Shown piece after piece: positions 1-12,319 of a DNA stretch of 64,000 bases. The stretch spans positions 129,279 to 193,278 of the forward strand of contig NW_008246082.1 of the NCBI RefSeq assembly GCF_000281045.1, given 5' to 3'. Numbering within the stretch: the first letter of the stretch is position 1; every line of letters starts with the position of its first letter. Both the position numbers and the translations under genes were made by a program. Below the pieces are notes generated by a model. That model had not been told where the DNA came from. It saw only the letters and a list, made by a program, of their open reading frames with translations, and made no database searches. Source of the stretch: Saprolegnia diclina VS20. Taxonomy: Eukaryota.

Positions 1-2
1 TC

Positions 3-1058
3 GGCCCGACCGGCGAAGATCGGCATGCCATCGACGTCAACAGTGTGGCGGCGCGAGGACCCATCGACGAACACCAAGACGCTGCATCACGTACACCGGA
101 GCCGCCGGCCATCGCCGTCCCGCCGCCCAGCGTCGCCATTAGTTTGGCGCCCGACAATGGTGCAGTCGGTGTTGCAGCTGACCGCGACGAGGGCGATGAG
201 CCAGGCATTCAATCCAGCGTGATCACGCGCGACCGTTCGCGCAAGGACCAGTACCGCTGCAATATTCGTCATGCCGACGGCAGCTGTGAGCGCAGTGTCC
301 GCTGCGCGACGCGAGCGGAGGCCGAGGCGCTGCTCGCCGAACGTAGCGCGGGCGTCCCGAGCAGCCGTATAGCAAAGCGCAGCGGGAACCGTCGCGTGTA
401 CAAGCATTGGCGCAAGGTACTTCAACTGCCAAAGTTGTCGTTCCATGCGTGGCAGACCGAGCCACTTCTCCGAGGCATTGCTACACCCAGCGATGTATCG
501 ACGAGCGCCAAGGTCCAGCTGGACGGCAAGTACGGCGGTACCAAGCGCGACCGCAACTTGGTCGCGCGAGTGACCACAAAAGAGCGACAGATCACAAGCC
601 TCCAGCGTGACGTCGCGCAGTACGAGGCGAAGATCGCGACGTTGTCGGCGCATCATGCTGTCAACTGGTACGACGGTCTGTGTCTCCAACCAACCGGCGG
701 CGACGCAATCGAACACCCGTCACCACGCCCAGGGCTTCCGACCGCGTACTCTGCCGAGCAGGTGGTGCGGCTGCGCAACCAAACCCTCTGCGTGCTCTTG
801 ATGCTTGGCAAGATCGTCGACGAGGCCAAGCTCGACATTGCCTTCAACGAAGCCTACCTCACGGCCGTGCGAAACGCACCAACGAGCTCGCCAACCACGC
901 GCGAGGCGTCGACGACGCGCCAGGAGATGGCAGCTGCGATCGTTCACGACCTCAGTTTGACGGACAAGCCTTCTACGATCCTAGCGTGGCTGCGCGAGTA
1001 CCTCGAGCTTGGCGGCTTCAAGCGAGACGGGCGTGGCAAGCGGAAGCGCGACAACTAA
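3..1058 (+). mobile_element. Partial ORF (open at the window edge), possibly the DNA-binding N-terminal part of a truncated transposase
   Basis: Frame is open from position 3. YRCNIRHADGSCERSVRCATRAEAEALLAE resembles AP2/integrase-arm DNA-binding domains. C-terminal STILAWLREYLELGGFKRDGRGK resembles the HTH end of DDE transposases. Coding-like NPDFKQELAE continues in another frame after the stop. No catalytic domain or TIR seen. Confidence 0.35.
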
Positions 1059-1270
1059 GAACCCCGACTTTAAGCAAGAGCTAGCAGAGTCCTTACTTCG
1101 CGAGCTGATTGCAATGGTGCTGTCGTGTGTGGGTTTGCATCGCACAACACAATGAGGGCGTCTGCATTGTATCAACTTGATACATCGAAAGAAATGCAAA
1201 AGCATATAACCCGAAAATCTCTTGCATTCACAACAGACTCATTATAATACCTTCACACGACGTTCTTTAT

Positions 1271-1650
1271 TCATTCTTCCTCTACTCTATTGTTATCGAA
1301 GCAAAGGACGCCACGGGCTGCCGCCGCCGTCGTCTCCTGCGCCTTCTTCTGCTTCATGCGTTTGAGCGTCTAAATCGTCGGGCGATGCCACTGCTTGAGC
1401 TGGAGCGACTTGTTGACGTAGTACATCTTGCCGTTGTTGCGTGAGACCTCGGCTTCCCAGCCCATTGGCAGCGGCGCCTTCGGGGGCAAGTCAAAACTGA
1501 ATCACTTCTGTGTCGGCAAGCTGCTCATAGTCACCCGGGCCTTGCTCTCAACGCGGTTGAGCTCCGGCCGCGGCGATCCGCTCTTCGCCGACGTGGCTGC
1601 CTCGTCCTTCTTCTTCTCGCCCTCGATGCCTTTGAACCACTTGCAAGCTG
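1271..1650 (-). pseudogene. WW-domain gene fragment with two in-frame stops
   Basis: The minus frame reads ...SSLPTQK*FSFDLPPKAPLPMGWEAEVSRNNGKMYYVNKSLQLKQWHRPTI*TLKRMKQKKAQE. This has the canonical WW signature LPxGW...YYVN...QWxxP. TGA at 1502-1504, TAG at 1370-1372. Confidence 0.7.
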
Positions 1651-2606
1651 AAATAATGATACATTTGACATCCTTGCGGCGCACGGGCTTGGCGCTGGCA
1701 AGCTTGTTCTTGCTAGCAAAGCTCAAGCAGAAGCAGAAGGCGCTCAAGGTCGCGCACAAGAAGACCAAAGCGCCCAAAGCTTGGAACACCAAGCTCGTGT
1801 TGGCCATCGCAAGCGCCTTGTCAAGTTGAAGCTTAGAAGCTCCAACTTAAGCGCCGACACTAGCTCCGCTTCGAGGCTCGCGACGCGCGCTGCCAGCGTC
1901 ATATAGTCCTCCTCGTGGAGGCGTAGCTTGGCCAGCTCGATGTCTTGAGCTGCAGCCTTGTGCAAGGCCTCTAGGTACAGCACTTGGAACAGGTGCTGCG
2001 CAGTGTCACGCTCAAGCTTGAGCTCTTGGCGGGTGGCCTCCGAGTCTACAGCAGCCGCTGCGCCGACTTCTGCTGTGCGGTTTGGTGGGCATTTTCGGCC
2101 TTGTCCAGCGCTACACGAGTTGTGTGCCGTAGGCAATGACAAGGTCCGTTGTCGAGACGGTGGGTGCATCGCCACTGGTCGCTTCGGTAGTCGTCGAGCA
2201 GCGAATATACATGGTCAGATGAATCGAGTTGTGACGTTGATGCTCATGCCATTTTTCGACAGGTCACCAAGCTCGGCAGAACATTGAAGGACATACAAAG
2301 TGGGGATCGTCCATCGAGAATGCTGCATAAGGCTGGACCTTCCACCTACCTTCTGTAACAATACGCAAATATTGGCTCGTCGTGCAGTGAACCGGTGAGC
2401 TCCAGGGTGAGCTCCGTCAACGATCGCCATGGGGCAGTTGGGTGTCAGGTCGCGCGCCAAAATCTCTACTTTCAACCAATCCGCAACGATCTTTTCCAAT
2501 ATACACGTAGGATTCGCTAAAAATACAATTTTATCTACCAATCCAAAGCCCTTACACTGCGGCGGCCAATCGCTGCGCACAACAGTGCCATTCATCTCGG
2601 ACCACG

Positions 2607-4112
2607 ATGGCCGCCACGCTCGTCGACCTTGTCGGCCCCACGCTCGTGCGCAACGGCGCGCCGCGCACCGACGTTGTCGTTGACCAAGTGGCGTACGAAG
2701 CGACGTACGAGTGGCGCCACGTGTGCGACATGTGCGGCTCACAGATCATCGGCGCGCGCTACGCCTGCGACCAAGACGCCAACTACGACGTCTGCCGCGC
2801 CTGCCACGCCGCCGCGTCGACGCCCGAGCGCACGTTCACCGAGGCGCCGATTCCCAGCAAGCCAGTGCCGCGCACGAAAGAGACGGTCGCGACGGCGAGT
2901 GCTCTGCATGGCAAGACGGTCCTGCTCTACTTAGGCGCGCTCGCGTGCGAGTCGTGTCGCGCCTTCACGCCGTATTTGGCCGACTACTACACGCGGCTCC
3001 AATCGCAGCTCGCGCTTGAGATTGTCTACGTGAGCGGTGACAGCGACGACGCGACAGCGCATGACGCGTTCGACGCGATGCCGTGGCTCGCTTTGCCCTT
3101 TCTCGACACAGCGCGGAAGGCGGCGCTCGCCCAGCGCTACCACGTCCACGGCACGCCGACACTCATTGTTCTCGACCCCACTGGTGCGACGATCAACGCC
3201 AATGTGCAAGACAAGGTGTGGGTCGACCCGCAAGGGCTCAGCTTCCCGTACGCGCCCAAGACCCTCGAAGAAATGCTTGGCACCGATGTCGTCGACCAAG
3301 ATGGTCACACGGAAGCGCTGGAGCTCGAATCGATGCTGCACAAGACGCTCGTGCTCTACTTCGCCGCGGCCACGGCCAAAGCACCGACCGACGACTTTAC
3401 GACGCACCTCGCAGCGACATGCGCTGCCAACCGCCTCGTCGACGTCCTCTACGTCTCGGCAGACGACACCAGGGAAGAGTACGATGCGATGGTGGCGTCC
3501 ATGCCGTGGCGGGCACTGCCGTATGACGTGGCGGCGTCAGCGTTGACCGAGCTCGCGGACGCGTTCAACGTTGAGAGTCTCCCAGCGGCGCTTGTGCTCG
3601 GACCTGGACCCGACCGCGCGCTCATCAACAAGGACGCGATCGGGGCCATTGCGAGCGGAAGCTCGTTTCCGTGGCCAGCCCACAGCGTCGTGGACCTCCG
3701 CTTCGGACCGTCCGCCAACGGGTACGGGCTCAACAGCAAGCCGACGCTCGTGACGTTTTGCGATAAGCTCGAGGCCGACGCGCTGGCAGCACACAAGGCC
3801 GAGATGTCGGTCCTCGCCGCGGAAGCGCGTCCGCATCATGCGGCGTGCAGCGACCACGGCTGCAGTCACGACACGGACGGCCCAAGCATGCTCTACTTTG
3901 TGAGCTCGACCACGGACGATTGGCTTCGCGCCAAGGTCCACGACATGGCCAATCTGGATGACGATGCTTGTGATCAGCCACATGCGATCCTCCTCGACAT
4001 GCACCAACGCCGCCTCCTTGTGCATCATGGTCTCGATGGCGCATCGCTCCGCGACGTGGTCGCCGCCTTTCACAATCATACTCTCGAGATGCAGCCCATG
4101 CATCTCGACTAA
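2607..4112 (+). CDS. Nucleoredoxin/tryparedoxin-like protein (tandem thioredoxin folds) with a ZZ-type zinc finger
   Basis: 501-aa intronless ORF. Motifs KTVLLYLGALACESCRAFTP (CxxC), EIVYVSGD and MPWLALPF. Second Trx repeat LYVSADDT..MPWRALPY lacks CxxC. ZZ motif CDMC..IIGARYACDQDANYDVCRACH. CCAAT boxes at about 2476-2570. Confidence 0.88.
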   Translation: MAATLVDLVGPTLVRNGAPRTDVVVDQVAYEATYEWRHVCDMCGSQIIGARYACDQDANYDVCRACHAAASTPERTFTEAPIPSKPVPRTKETVATASALHGKTVLLYLGALACESCRAFTPYLADYYTRLQSQLALEIVYVSGDSDDATAHDAFDAMPWLALPFLDTARKAALAQRYHVHGTPTLIVLDPTGATINANVQDKVWVDPQGLSFPYAPKTLEEMLGTDVVDQDGHTEALELESMLHKTLVLYFAAATAKAPTDDFTTHLAATCAANRLVDVLYVSADDTREEYDAMVASMPWRALPYDVAASALTELADAFNVESLPAALVLGPGPDRALINKDAIGAIASGSSFPWPAHSVVDLRFGPSANGYGLNSKPTLVTFCDKLEADALAAHKAEMSVLAAEARPHHAACSDHGCSHDTDGPSMLYFVSSTTDDWLRAKVHDMANLDDDACDQPHAILLDMHQRRLLVHHGLDGASLRDVVAAFHNHTLEMQPMHLD

Positions 4113-4759
4113 GCGCACTGTAAGATACACGAGCTAAATGTACAGGCTGTCGAATGCAATGGGAGTTCCCGGTGGTTGACGTGGTTCTTGCCACTAGCAG
4201 ATCTGTGCTGGCTCTGGCCTCTGTCTCGAGGGCCTCCCGCACATAACCCAGTGCAGCCAGCCCGTACCTATCGGTTCGCTGGCAAGGCCATCATCGTGCG
4301 TGTGGTGGGAGCGAGCGGATGGTCAATGACGAGTGGCGGCAGACGAGCCAACCTTGACCTTTGCAGCAAGAATCGAACAAGTCGCCTACGCCTACAAATC
4401 GAGAGCATATGCACCCATGCCTTGGCGTAAGGCGCAGGTCACGTCCGCGCGGCCATCGACGGCGGCGTCGCGCTGGCCGTGCCACCTGCGTGGCTGCGTG
4501 GAATGGGATCCAGATCGTCGACGATTGTGATTTTATTCCAGGATTTTAATCTGACTTGGGTTTCATATGCAATCACGTGCTTTTGAATTGAATGTACCTT
4601 GAAGATCGGTTGCGTACTGGCTTGCTTGGTAGCGTGACGGCAAGCCTGAATTAAAATCGACCATTTCTATAGAAATATCAAGTTTGAATAAAATCGTGGT
4701 ATTTGAATACCATCGCACCTACCCGGCCAACGTTGGTGCAATAGAACAAACGGGCGAGC

Positions 4760-5920
4760 ATGATGCAAGCCAGCGCGATCGCTTACGGCGACGAGATCGA
4801 CCTCGAGACGCAGCCTCTGGTACGGGCAGCATGCGCGCTTCCTCTCGCTCATGAGCTCATGCGATGGAGACTAATGGAAGACGGTGATGGCATGTAGATC
4901 GTCGAAGCGACGCCCGACGCGATGCTGACGCTGCGCGTCAAGACGCTCTCGGAGAAGCCGCTGACGATTGAGCTCCCGGCTTCGACGACCGTCGGCGCCT
5001 TTAAGAGCGCCATCAAGGAGAAGGCCAACGCCGAGGGCAAGTTCCTGCGCCTCATTCACCAGGTTTGTCCATATTGTGACGACCTCGCATGGACGCGTGG
5101 CATGTAGGGGAAGATGCTCTCGGACGACGCAGCGACGCTTCTTGCCTGCCACGTTAAGACAAACGACTTTATCCATTGTGCCATGAGTGCGGCGCCGCCG
5201 AAATGCGTCGTCCAGCAGGTTGCGCACCATTTGCCATGGACGATGGCGCTGACGACAAGGTAGATGCAAGAGCAAGAGGAAGACGACGCGTCCGTCTCGC
5301 AGAACCGCCGCGGCTTTGACAGCTTGCGCGACCGATTGAGCCGCGAAGAAGTGCAAGCGCTCCGCCTGCACTTTTACCCGCAGGTGTCGGCCACGATCAA
5401 CCAGTCCGAGCCCCGCGAAGGTAGGTCGCAGTCCTCGCGCCACACTAGCCCACACGCTTTCATGTAGGAGAGACGGCCGAAGATCGCATCTACCGCGTCG
5501 AGGAGGAGTGGATGGCATCCCAGGGTCCGCAGTCCGAGTTTGGTACCTACTCGCTTCAATATGGCTCCTTGCTCATGTGAATCGTAGCGCTGAACGTTCG
5601 CCCGCGACCGGGTAGCTTGCCCCTGCGCGCCAACTTTGATACGCAGCACCGCATCGACATGCCGGAGCTCGCGCTCATGGGTGGCGACAACGAAGGGACC
5701 CAGGTTGACATGATCTGGGGCATTGCGATGGGCCTCATCCTCGGCTTCTTCATGCTCTTTCTCGTACGTGCCTTCTTCCGATATATCGTAGCATTATGCA
5801 TGCGTCGTCTAGCTTTGGGAGCGCACGATTCCGCGTCGCCAAAAGGTCGGGATCGTCATTGGCGTAGTCATGAACCTCATGCTCAACGTGGTCCAACGCT
5901 CCGTACCCGACGCCAACTGA
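4760..5920 (+). CDS. Ubiquitin-like domain membrane protein, DSC E3 ligase subunit Dsc3/DUF2407-like (multi-exon)
   Basis: Spliced model MMQASAIAY...TTVGAFKSAI..LRLIHQ|GKML (Ubl fold). Also RRGFDSLRDRLSREEVQALR, EEEWM, and a C-terminal TM pair WGIAMGLILGFFMLFL|LWERTIPRRQKVGIVIGVVMN. GT-AG introns. Confidence 0.8.
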
Positions 5921-6391
5921 TGACAGCAGCGCCATCTTCTCACCCTTCGTATTTAGCTTGTAGTAACCTCTCTATTCCATCGTGTCCCGTTCCATGCACG
6001 TCTGATCGTCCAGTGACATGGTGCTGGAGCATGACCTCGCACGCCGGTACATGAGTATGTAGTCCAGCCTTGGCATATTCGTACAGAGCTGCGTTGCCAT
6101 AAGCAGCCAGTCTGTCGTAGCTGTGCAAGCAAGCTCGGTGCCATGGCCCACGGCAGCAACTCGAGGCGGAGCTGCCCGAGGTCGCAGCTCGCGAGCTCTG
6201 GGTCTTGCGGTCGACCTTCTCGTGCTGCTTGTGCCGAATCGAACAATGCATGCCGAATTTACCGGATAATAAGAATAAGCCGGCGGTTTTTAAAGTACCT
6301 TGGTTCTGGTAGGCAACCCGATTAATATTGGCGACCATCCGGATAGTAATCGCCAGTCATTTTCCAAAAACCAGCGGTTCGAAGAGGAAGC

Positions 6392-6586
6392 ATGATCAGC
6401 GCCGCCGGCCGATTCTTCCGCTACTACATGGATCGCGAGCCCGTGGTCGTCGCGTCGTTCGCCCTTGGCACGCTCGGCCTCTCGATGCCCCTTATCGTCG
6501 TGCCCCTGCGCCGCAGCCTCGGCTACCCCACGGACCAGTACGACGGCCCGATCATCCCCGAATCGTTCAAGCCCAAGCAGCAATAA
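6392..6586 (+). CDS. Mitochondrial complex I small subunit, B9/NDUFA3 (fungal 9.5 kDa)-like
   Basis: 64 aa with one TM segment, REPVVVASFALGTLGLSMPLIVVPLRRSLGY, matching the EP..(TM)..P.RR.LGY pattern. Strong codon bias. Inr-like TCATTTT at about 6357. Confidence 0.75.
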   Translation: MISAAGRFFRYYMDREPVVVASFALGTLGLSMPLIVVPLRRSLGYPTDQYDGPIIPESFKPKQQ

Positions 6587-6685
6587 GGTGGGGCGCGTAG
6601 ACGACAATGGATTGGCATCGTTGGCCATCGTAGAGCGCTAACGAGGTACAAACATACATATATGTGGAATCCACGATCTTTGCCT

Positions 6686-9600
6686 CTACTTGGCCATGGA
6701 CGCCCGGCCAGCGGCGGCAACCGACGCGCCAAATGTCGCCGCGTACATGGCCCAAAACGCATCGCAGGCCTCCAACGTCGATTTGGCAAAGTGGCTGCTG
6801 AGCACTTGCCGGCGTGCGGCAGCATCCTGTAGCAGCAGCACCACCATGCACATGCGGTGGGACTCGAGCGCCATGCCCCGCGTCGGGTGGACGTCGTGGA
6901 CGTACGGCACGAGGTGCCATCGCACGATCTCACGGAGCCGCTCGTTCATGGGCGCCACCTTGGCGCAAAACTCCAGCAGGCGGTAGAGGTGCGTGCCCGT
7001 GAGGAGGTCCAGTGCGTGGGCCAGCGGCGAGCTCGCGCGACGCACGTCCTCGTCGCGCTCGTCGACCAGCGCGGGCTTGGCAAAGCGGTCGAGAAACTGA
7101 CCGGCTTCCAGCGTCGCCGTACCCGCGGCGTCCAAGCAGCTAGCACGTACATCCATCTTGAACCCATTCAGGCCTCGCCTCGTACCTTGCGAGGATCAGG
7201 CAGAGGCCGTGGCCATAGCTCTCGTCCGCGTACTCGGCCAAGAGGCGCTGGCCGAGCTGGAGCTTTTCGAGAAAGGTCGCGACCGGCAGCACCGTCGGCA
7301 ATGCCACGCGAATGTTCTCGGCGGTCGTCTGCGGCCCGTGGAGCAGCACATGTAGGATATCACTGGCCTGCTCGCGCATGTGAGTCTGCCGTTGCATCGA
7401 CACAGCAATAGGCAATGCACATACCGGTGTGATGAGGAGGCCCGCGCCATGATTGAGGCAGCGCAAAAGCAGCAGCTTCTCAAAGCCCGGAAGCTCCTCC
7501 TCGATCTCATCGCGGAGGCTGTGGACTTCGTCGTGGAGCGCCGCCGCGTTCATACCTACAGCATGGCGTCCCAATTCCTTCAATTACGGACGGCAAGTAC
7601 CAAGTGCAAACTCGTTGAACTCGACTTCGAGGGCCTGAAGCGCCGCCTGGCCAAAGCGGTGGACGAGGCACACGTTGCAGATGTCAAAGATCGGGTTCGG
7701 GTCGAGGCCCCAAACTAGAGAGCTGTCACACCACGTGCTCTCGATTGCACAAGAACAATGGCAGTGTACCCTTCACCGCGTCCTGGAGGTGAGCCATTCC
7801 CACCGCGACGAGCTCAGTCACGTCGAGCTGGGCGGTGCGCGTCTCGTCTACGTACCGGGCGTTCAAGTCGGCGGCCCACGCGGCGCGCTGTGTCTCGAGC
7901 GGCTCGTGTCGCCGCATGTCTCGAAACTCGTGCGCGAGGATGTGCGCGGCCTGCATCCCAGCGACACGCCGCGCCTCCTTCTCGCGCGCAAGCTGAACGC
8001 GATTCGACTTGTGCAGCGACGGGAAGCTCTTGAGGACGTGGCGGGGCGTGGCCGAGGTGCGCGTTCTCGGGTGGCCGTACGTGTCGTCTCCGAGAGCGCG
8101 CAGCTCGGCGACGATCGCAGTTTGCACATGAGGTAGGGAGGGGACTCCGTCACGCAGCCGCGCAACGACGCGGTCGCCCATGTCGATAGGGCACCCGACG
8201 ACGACACCGTACTGGTTGAGCACGCTTTGCACATCGGCCATTTCGTCGCGCAAGAGCGTGAGGAGGAAGGCGACGCGGCGGTGCTCGCGCAGCGCCGCTT
8301 GCGCCTCCCACGTCGCAACCGGGTCGTCCACGTGCACGTAATGGCGAAAGCCAAAGTAAAAGTACCGTTCGCGCTCGAGCTTGCGCTCAATGTAGCGCTT
8401 CCTCGCCGTCACACCGCGCTGCAGCGTCTGAATGAGCTTGGCCTAATGACAGGCATGGCATTCTAGCCGTATCGGACAGCGTCGCACCGCCGAGTGCCGC
8501 ACGCGCTGGTGCATCGTATACTGTTTTCGCTGCCGCGCCATGCGAAACACCGACTGGATCCGCGTCGCGAGGTAGTCGTTGTAGCCGCCCGACACTTTGG
8601 CAAAGTGCAATTCGACGCGGCATTCGTAGTGTAGAAAGTGCAGCACGAGATCGTCAATCCACAAGAGAATCGCGAGTCGCTACTCATAATTGTCGGAGCT
8701 ATAAGAGGTCCTTGACGTCGTACCTCGATCTCGGTTTGCTGGTACGACGCCAAGAGCGTCTCGACTTTGGCGTCAAGCGCCTGGGGCACGATGGACGCCC
8801 GCGCGCTCGCCCGCGTCCGCGGCGGCACGGCCGGCTTGATGTAGCTGTTGGCGTACAGGAACGCCGCCTCTTGCTTTTGGAGCCACAACGTTGTGTTCTG
8901 GAGCGCGACGTCGGCCAAGTGCTGCGAGAGCGCGCGGACGATCTGCACCTGGGGCGAAAGCGGCTCGATGTCGACATGAACGCGCCGGTCGTGCTGAGGA
9001 CTACTCGACTCGACAGTATTTGGCCGAAGCGGTTCGATACCAAGGGTCGTGCTCTCGACAGACGACGGTGTCGAGCGCATTGCAGCCTCGAGCGCGGCCT
9101 GCTGCACGAGCAAGTGCACGAAAGGCATGTCCGTCACGAGCGAGCGCAGCCACACGACGTCGTCAAGCAGCAATTTGGCTTCGTCCATTGAAATGTGCAG
9201 CTGCCGACTGTGTAGGAAAATCCGCTGCAGATCCGTGTGGTCCAAAAAGACGCTCCAAGACGCGGTCGAGTGCTCGGGCGCTACGCAAAGCTGGATCGAC
9301 TGGTGTTTCTCCAGCAGCAACGTTTCGACAACATGACTCGGGGCGTCGGCCGATGACGTGGCGAGGGCATGGGCGAGAAGCGGCTCCAGTGGCGACTCAT
9401 CGACCAGCACTAGTGTCTCGGGATCTGCAAACGCCAAGTGCGTCACGACAGCTTGCGTCCAAGGGGGTGAGAACGGCGCGTGGGGCTCAAAGGCTGGCGG
9501 GGGCAGCAGCGTCAAGCTCGCGTTACCGGCTGAAACGAGCGCCGCGCCCGTCGAGAGGAGCGAGATGCGCACCAGCGCCTCGCGCGTTCCATGGTTGACA

Positions 9601-10349
9601 GCATTCTCCAGAACGGGCAGCGTCATCGTCGCCTCCAAGAGGGTCTTCTGGAAAGGCCGGCGCAGTGGCGGCGCGGCCTCGGACAAGGCGAGGTTTTGCC
9701 GCTTGGGCGATGATGAGAGCGTCGCTTCTTGGACCATAAAGACCATGTAGCTCGTGTCGACGCTCCAGTTGAGAAGGCGCGGTGTCGGCGACGGCACGAG
9801 GCTGGCAACACGCGGCGCCTCGGGCTTGGGCGTAGCGGTTGGCGGTCGCACCGGGCTCGGTGGGCGGCACGACTCGGACGTCGAGAGCTTCCGCGGCTCC
9901 ATGATCGGCGCGTTCGTCTCGGGTAGCGCAGGACGGGGCAACTCGTTGTTCTCTCGTCGGGGAGCGACCGGGGTATGCAGCACGCGGTCCCAAAAAATGT
10001 CTTGGCTGCGCTGCCACAGCGAGTCGTCAACGACCGGCGACGACGGCGGCGGCTCGAGCTCGCGCGTCTTTAGAAGCTCCCGCGCCAATTCAGCATGGAG
10101 CTCCTTGCGGTCTTCGAAGAGCGGGCGGACAAGGACGCGCCGGTTGCGCCCGAGCCCGGGCAGCAGCGTCGCTGGCTTGGGCGGGGCTTTGGCCACCATG
10201 CGCGCCGGACTCGGGGTCGTGGGCACGACAGGGTCGAGCTTCAAGGGCGACCCATGCCGGTGCCCCAGTACGGGCTGCGTTAGCGCTGGCAGCGACAGCT
10301 CGAGCGGCTTGGCCGGTTTGCCTGCCCACGCGTGCATATCTTGTAGCAA
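6686..10349 (-). CDS. Large multi-exon hypothetical protein with two IQ calmodulin-binding motifs
   Basis: Consecutive minus-strand ORFs joined by GT-AG introns. IQ motifs ATRIQSVFRMARQRKQY and AKLIQTLQRGVTARKRY. Pro-rich N-terminus. The 3' exon joins were not all verified. Confidence 0.65.
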
Positions 10350-10531
10350 TGGCGGTTACGCGTAGCCAGGCGGCGTAGCGGTTGCCAGCAATGTCAACAG
10401 CTCGGACGCAAGACGACAATGGGTTTATGGTATAGATATCTGGTTTATGGAGGTTAGGGCAGCGAGCGCCACGGGCAGAAGACACACACACATCCTCGGT
10501 CGGTCGCTGGCGCAGAAGCAGCCAGCGCACC

Positions 10532-12319
10532 TTACTGCTGCTGCTGAAAGTTGAAGACGGTGCCCGAGCCGCCCGAGCCAAACGTGAATTGGTGGGCGTT
10601 GGCTGCAGGAGCAGTCTCAACGTCCTCCTCTTCGTCGACACCGCCAAAGTACGTCTCGATGATCGAGAGCGCCTTCTCGTAAATGTCTACAGGGAGACAT
10701 CAGACGCGCACCATGGACGCACTAAGATCTACCATTCTCGTGGTGGTACTGCAGGTTTTGGATCTTGGTGACGCCGTCCTGCTCTTCGATTGCGAGCGCC
10801 ATCGGGTTCTCCACTTCGCCGTTGAGCTCGGCGTGCTGGTGGCCGACGCGCAGAATGTTCTCGAGCGCGTCCAAGCAGACGCAAATGATCTTGCTGTCGG
10901 TCACATCAAGCAGCGCCACAAGCGGCGGGATGCAGCCTATTCATGCCACAGTCGCATTGACGTCACGCATCCACGGCATGAAGGGCGTACCTTGCTGGAC
11001 GAGGTAGACGAGCTGGTCGGGGGTGCCGCCCGACGTCGCGTTCGAGACGGCCCACGCGGCTTCCTTGCGCACCTCAAACTCGCCGTTTGCGAGCAAGTTC
11101 ATGAGCGGCGGGACGACCTGCGAGTCAATGATGGCCTGGATCTGATCCTTGCTGCCGGCCGTAATGTTACTGATGGTCCAGCACGCTTCCTTGCGGATGC
11201 CCTTCTTGGCCGAGTTCAGGAGCGGAAGGAGGCGCACGAGCGCGCCCGAGCGGATGACGAGGTCCGTCTGCATGTCGTCGCCCGTGACAATGTTGCCGAT
11301 CGTACGGAGCGCCGGCGTCTGCACCGACGTGTTGGGGTGCAAAAGGAGCTCAATGAGGCGCGGGACGACGTTGGCTTCAAGGACCGCTTGGATCTTGTGG
11401 TTCTCGCCGTCCGAGAGGTACGAGAGCGCCCAGCACGCGTCCGTGAGCACGTCTTCGTCTTGCGAGTAGATGAGCTGCGCGAGGCTCGGGAGCGCGGGCT
11501 TGACAAATTCAAAGTGGGGCTGCGGCTTGCCGCGGCAAAAGTTGCTCAACGTCCATGTCGCGTTGCGGAGCATGCTCTGCTTGGCGTTCTCCGTGAGCTG
11601 CTGGATGAGCGGCATGAGCGCGCCCGACTGCAAGACAAGGTCGCGGCACGTCGGCGAGTCGCCCGAGATGTTGCCAAGCGCCCAGACGGCCTGCTCGCGC
11701 ACTTCGTCGTTGGGCGACATGAGGAGGCGGACAAAGCGCTCGACCGCGCCGTTCTCAATCACAATGCGCGTGTGCTCCGACGTGCCCGACGCAATGTTTG
11801 TGAGCGCCCACGCCGCCTCAAACTGGAGCTTCGGGTACTGCTCGTAGCTCAAGAAGGACGTAAAGAGCGGGACAACGTTCATGTTGATGACCTCCTGGAT
11901 CGGCGGGTTGTTTTCTACTCCATGTGCATCAATATCGACCTGCAGATATGGATGCTGTCGTACCAATCGAGAGGAGCTTGCGGAACTTGGTGACGGCCGC
12001 GAGCTGCACCTCGACGTCCGACGAATGCACCTGCTCGACCATCTCGGGCAGCTGCTGGAGCTACAAAGAGGAGTGCATGAGCGCCTCGCTTCGTTCAGAG
12101 AATGTCTCGTACGTAGGCCTGGGCACCCGGGGTCCCGCCGGTCATGGCCGTCTCGTCGGCCGTCGTCGCGCCCATGACCATGCGGCGGCGCTGGTTGACC
12201 TGCTCATCCTTCTTCGTCTTGCGGATCATGACCGTGGTCTCTTCCCGGCGGCGACGGGTCTCATCCGTGTCGATACCCTTCTTGTAGTTCTTATGGCGGT
12301 CTCCCGTGGGGCGTTGCAT
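10532..12319 (-). CDS. KPNA: Importin subunit alpha
   Basis: IBB domain ([20 protein letters not shown]). ARM repeats [28 protein letters not shown] and [13 protein letters not shown]. Last exon [14 protein letters not shown]...FNFQQQQ-TAA. Confidence 0.97.

Noticed and set aside
1502..1504. In-frame TGA as selenocysteine or programmed readthrough
   Set aside because: A second in-frame TAG follows, there is no redox-motif context, and I saw no SECIS-like hairpin. Pseudogene decay is simpler.
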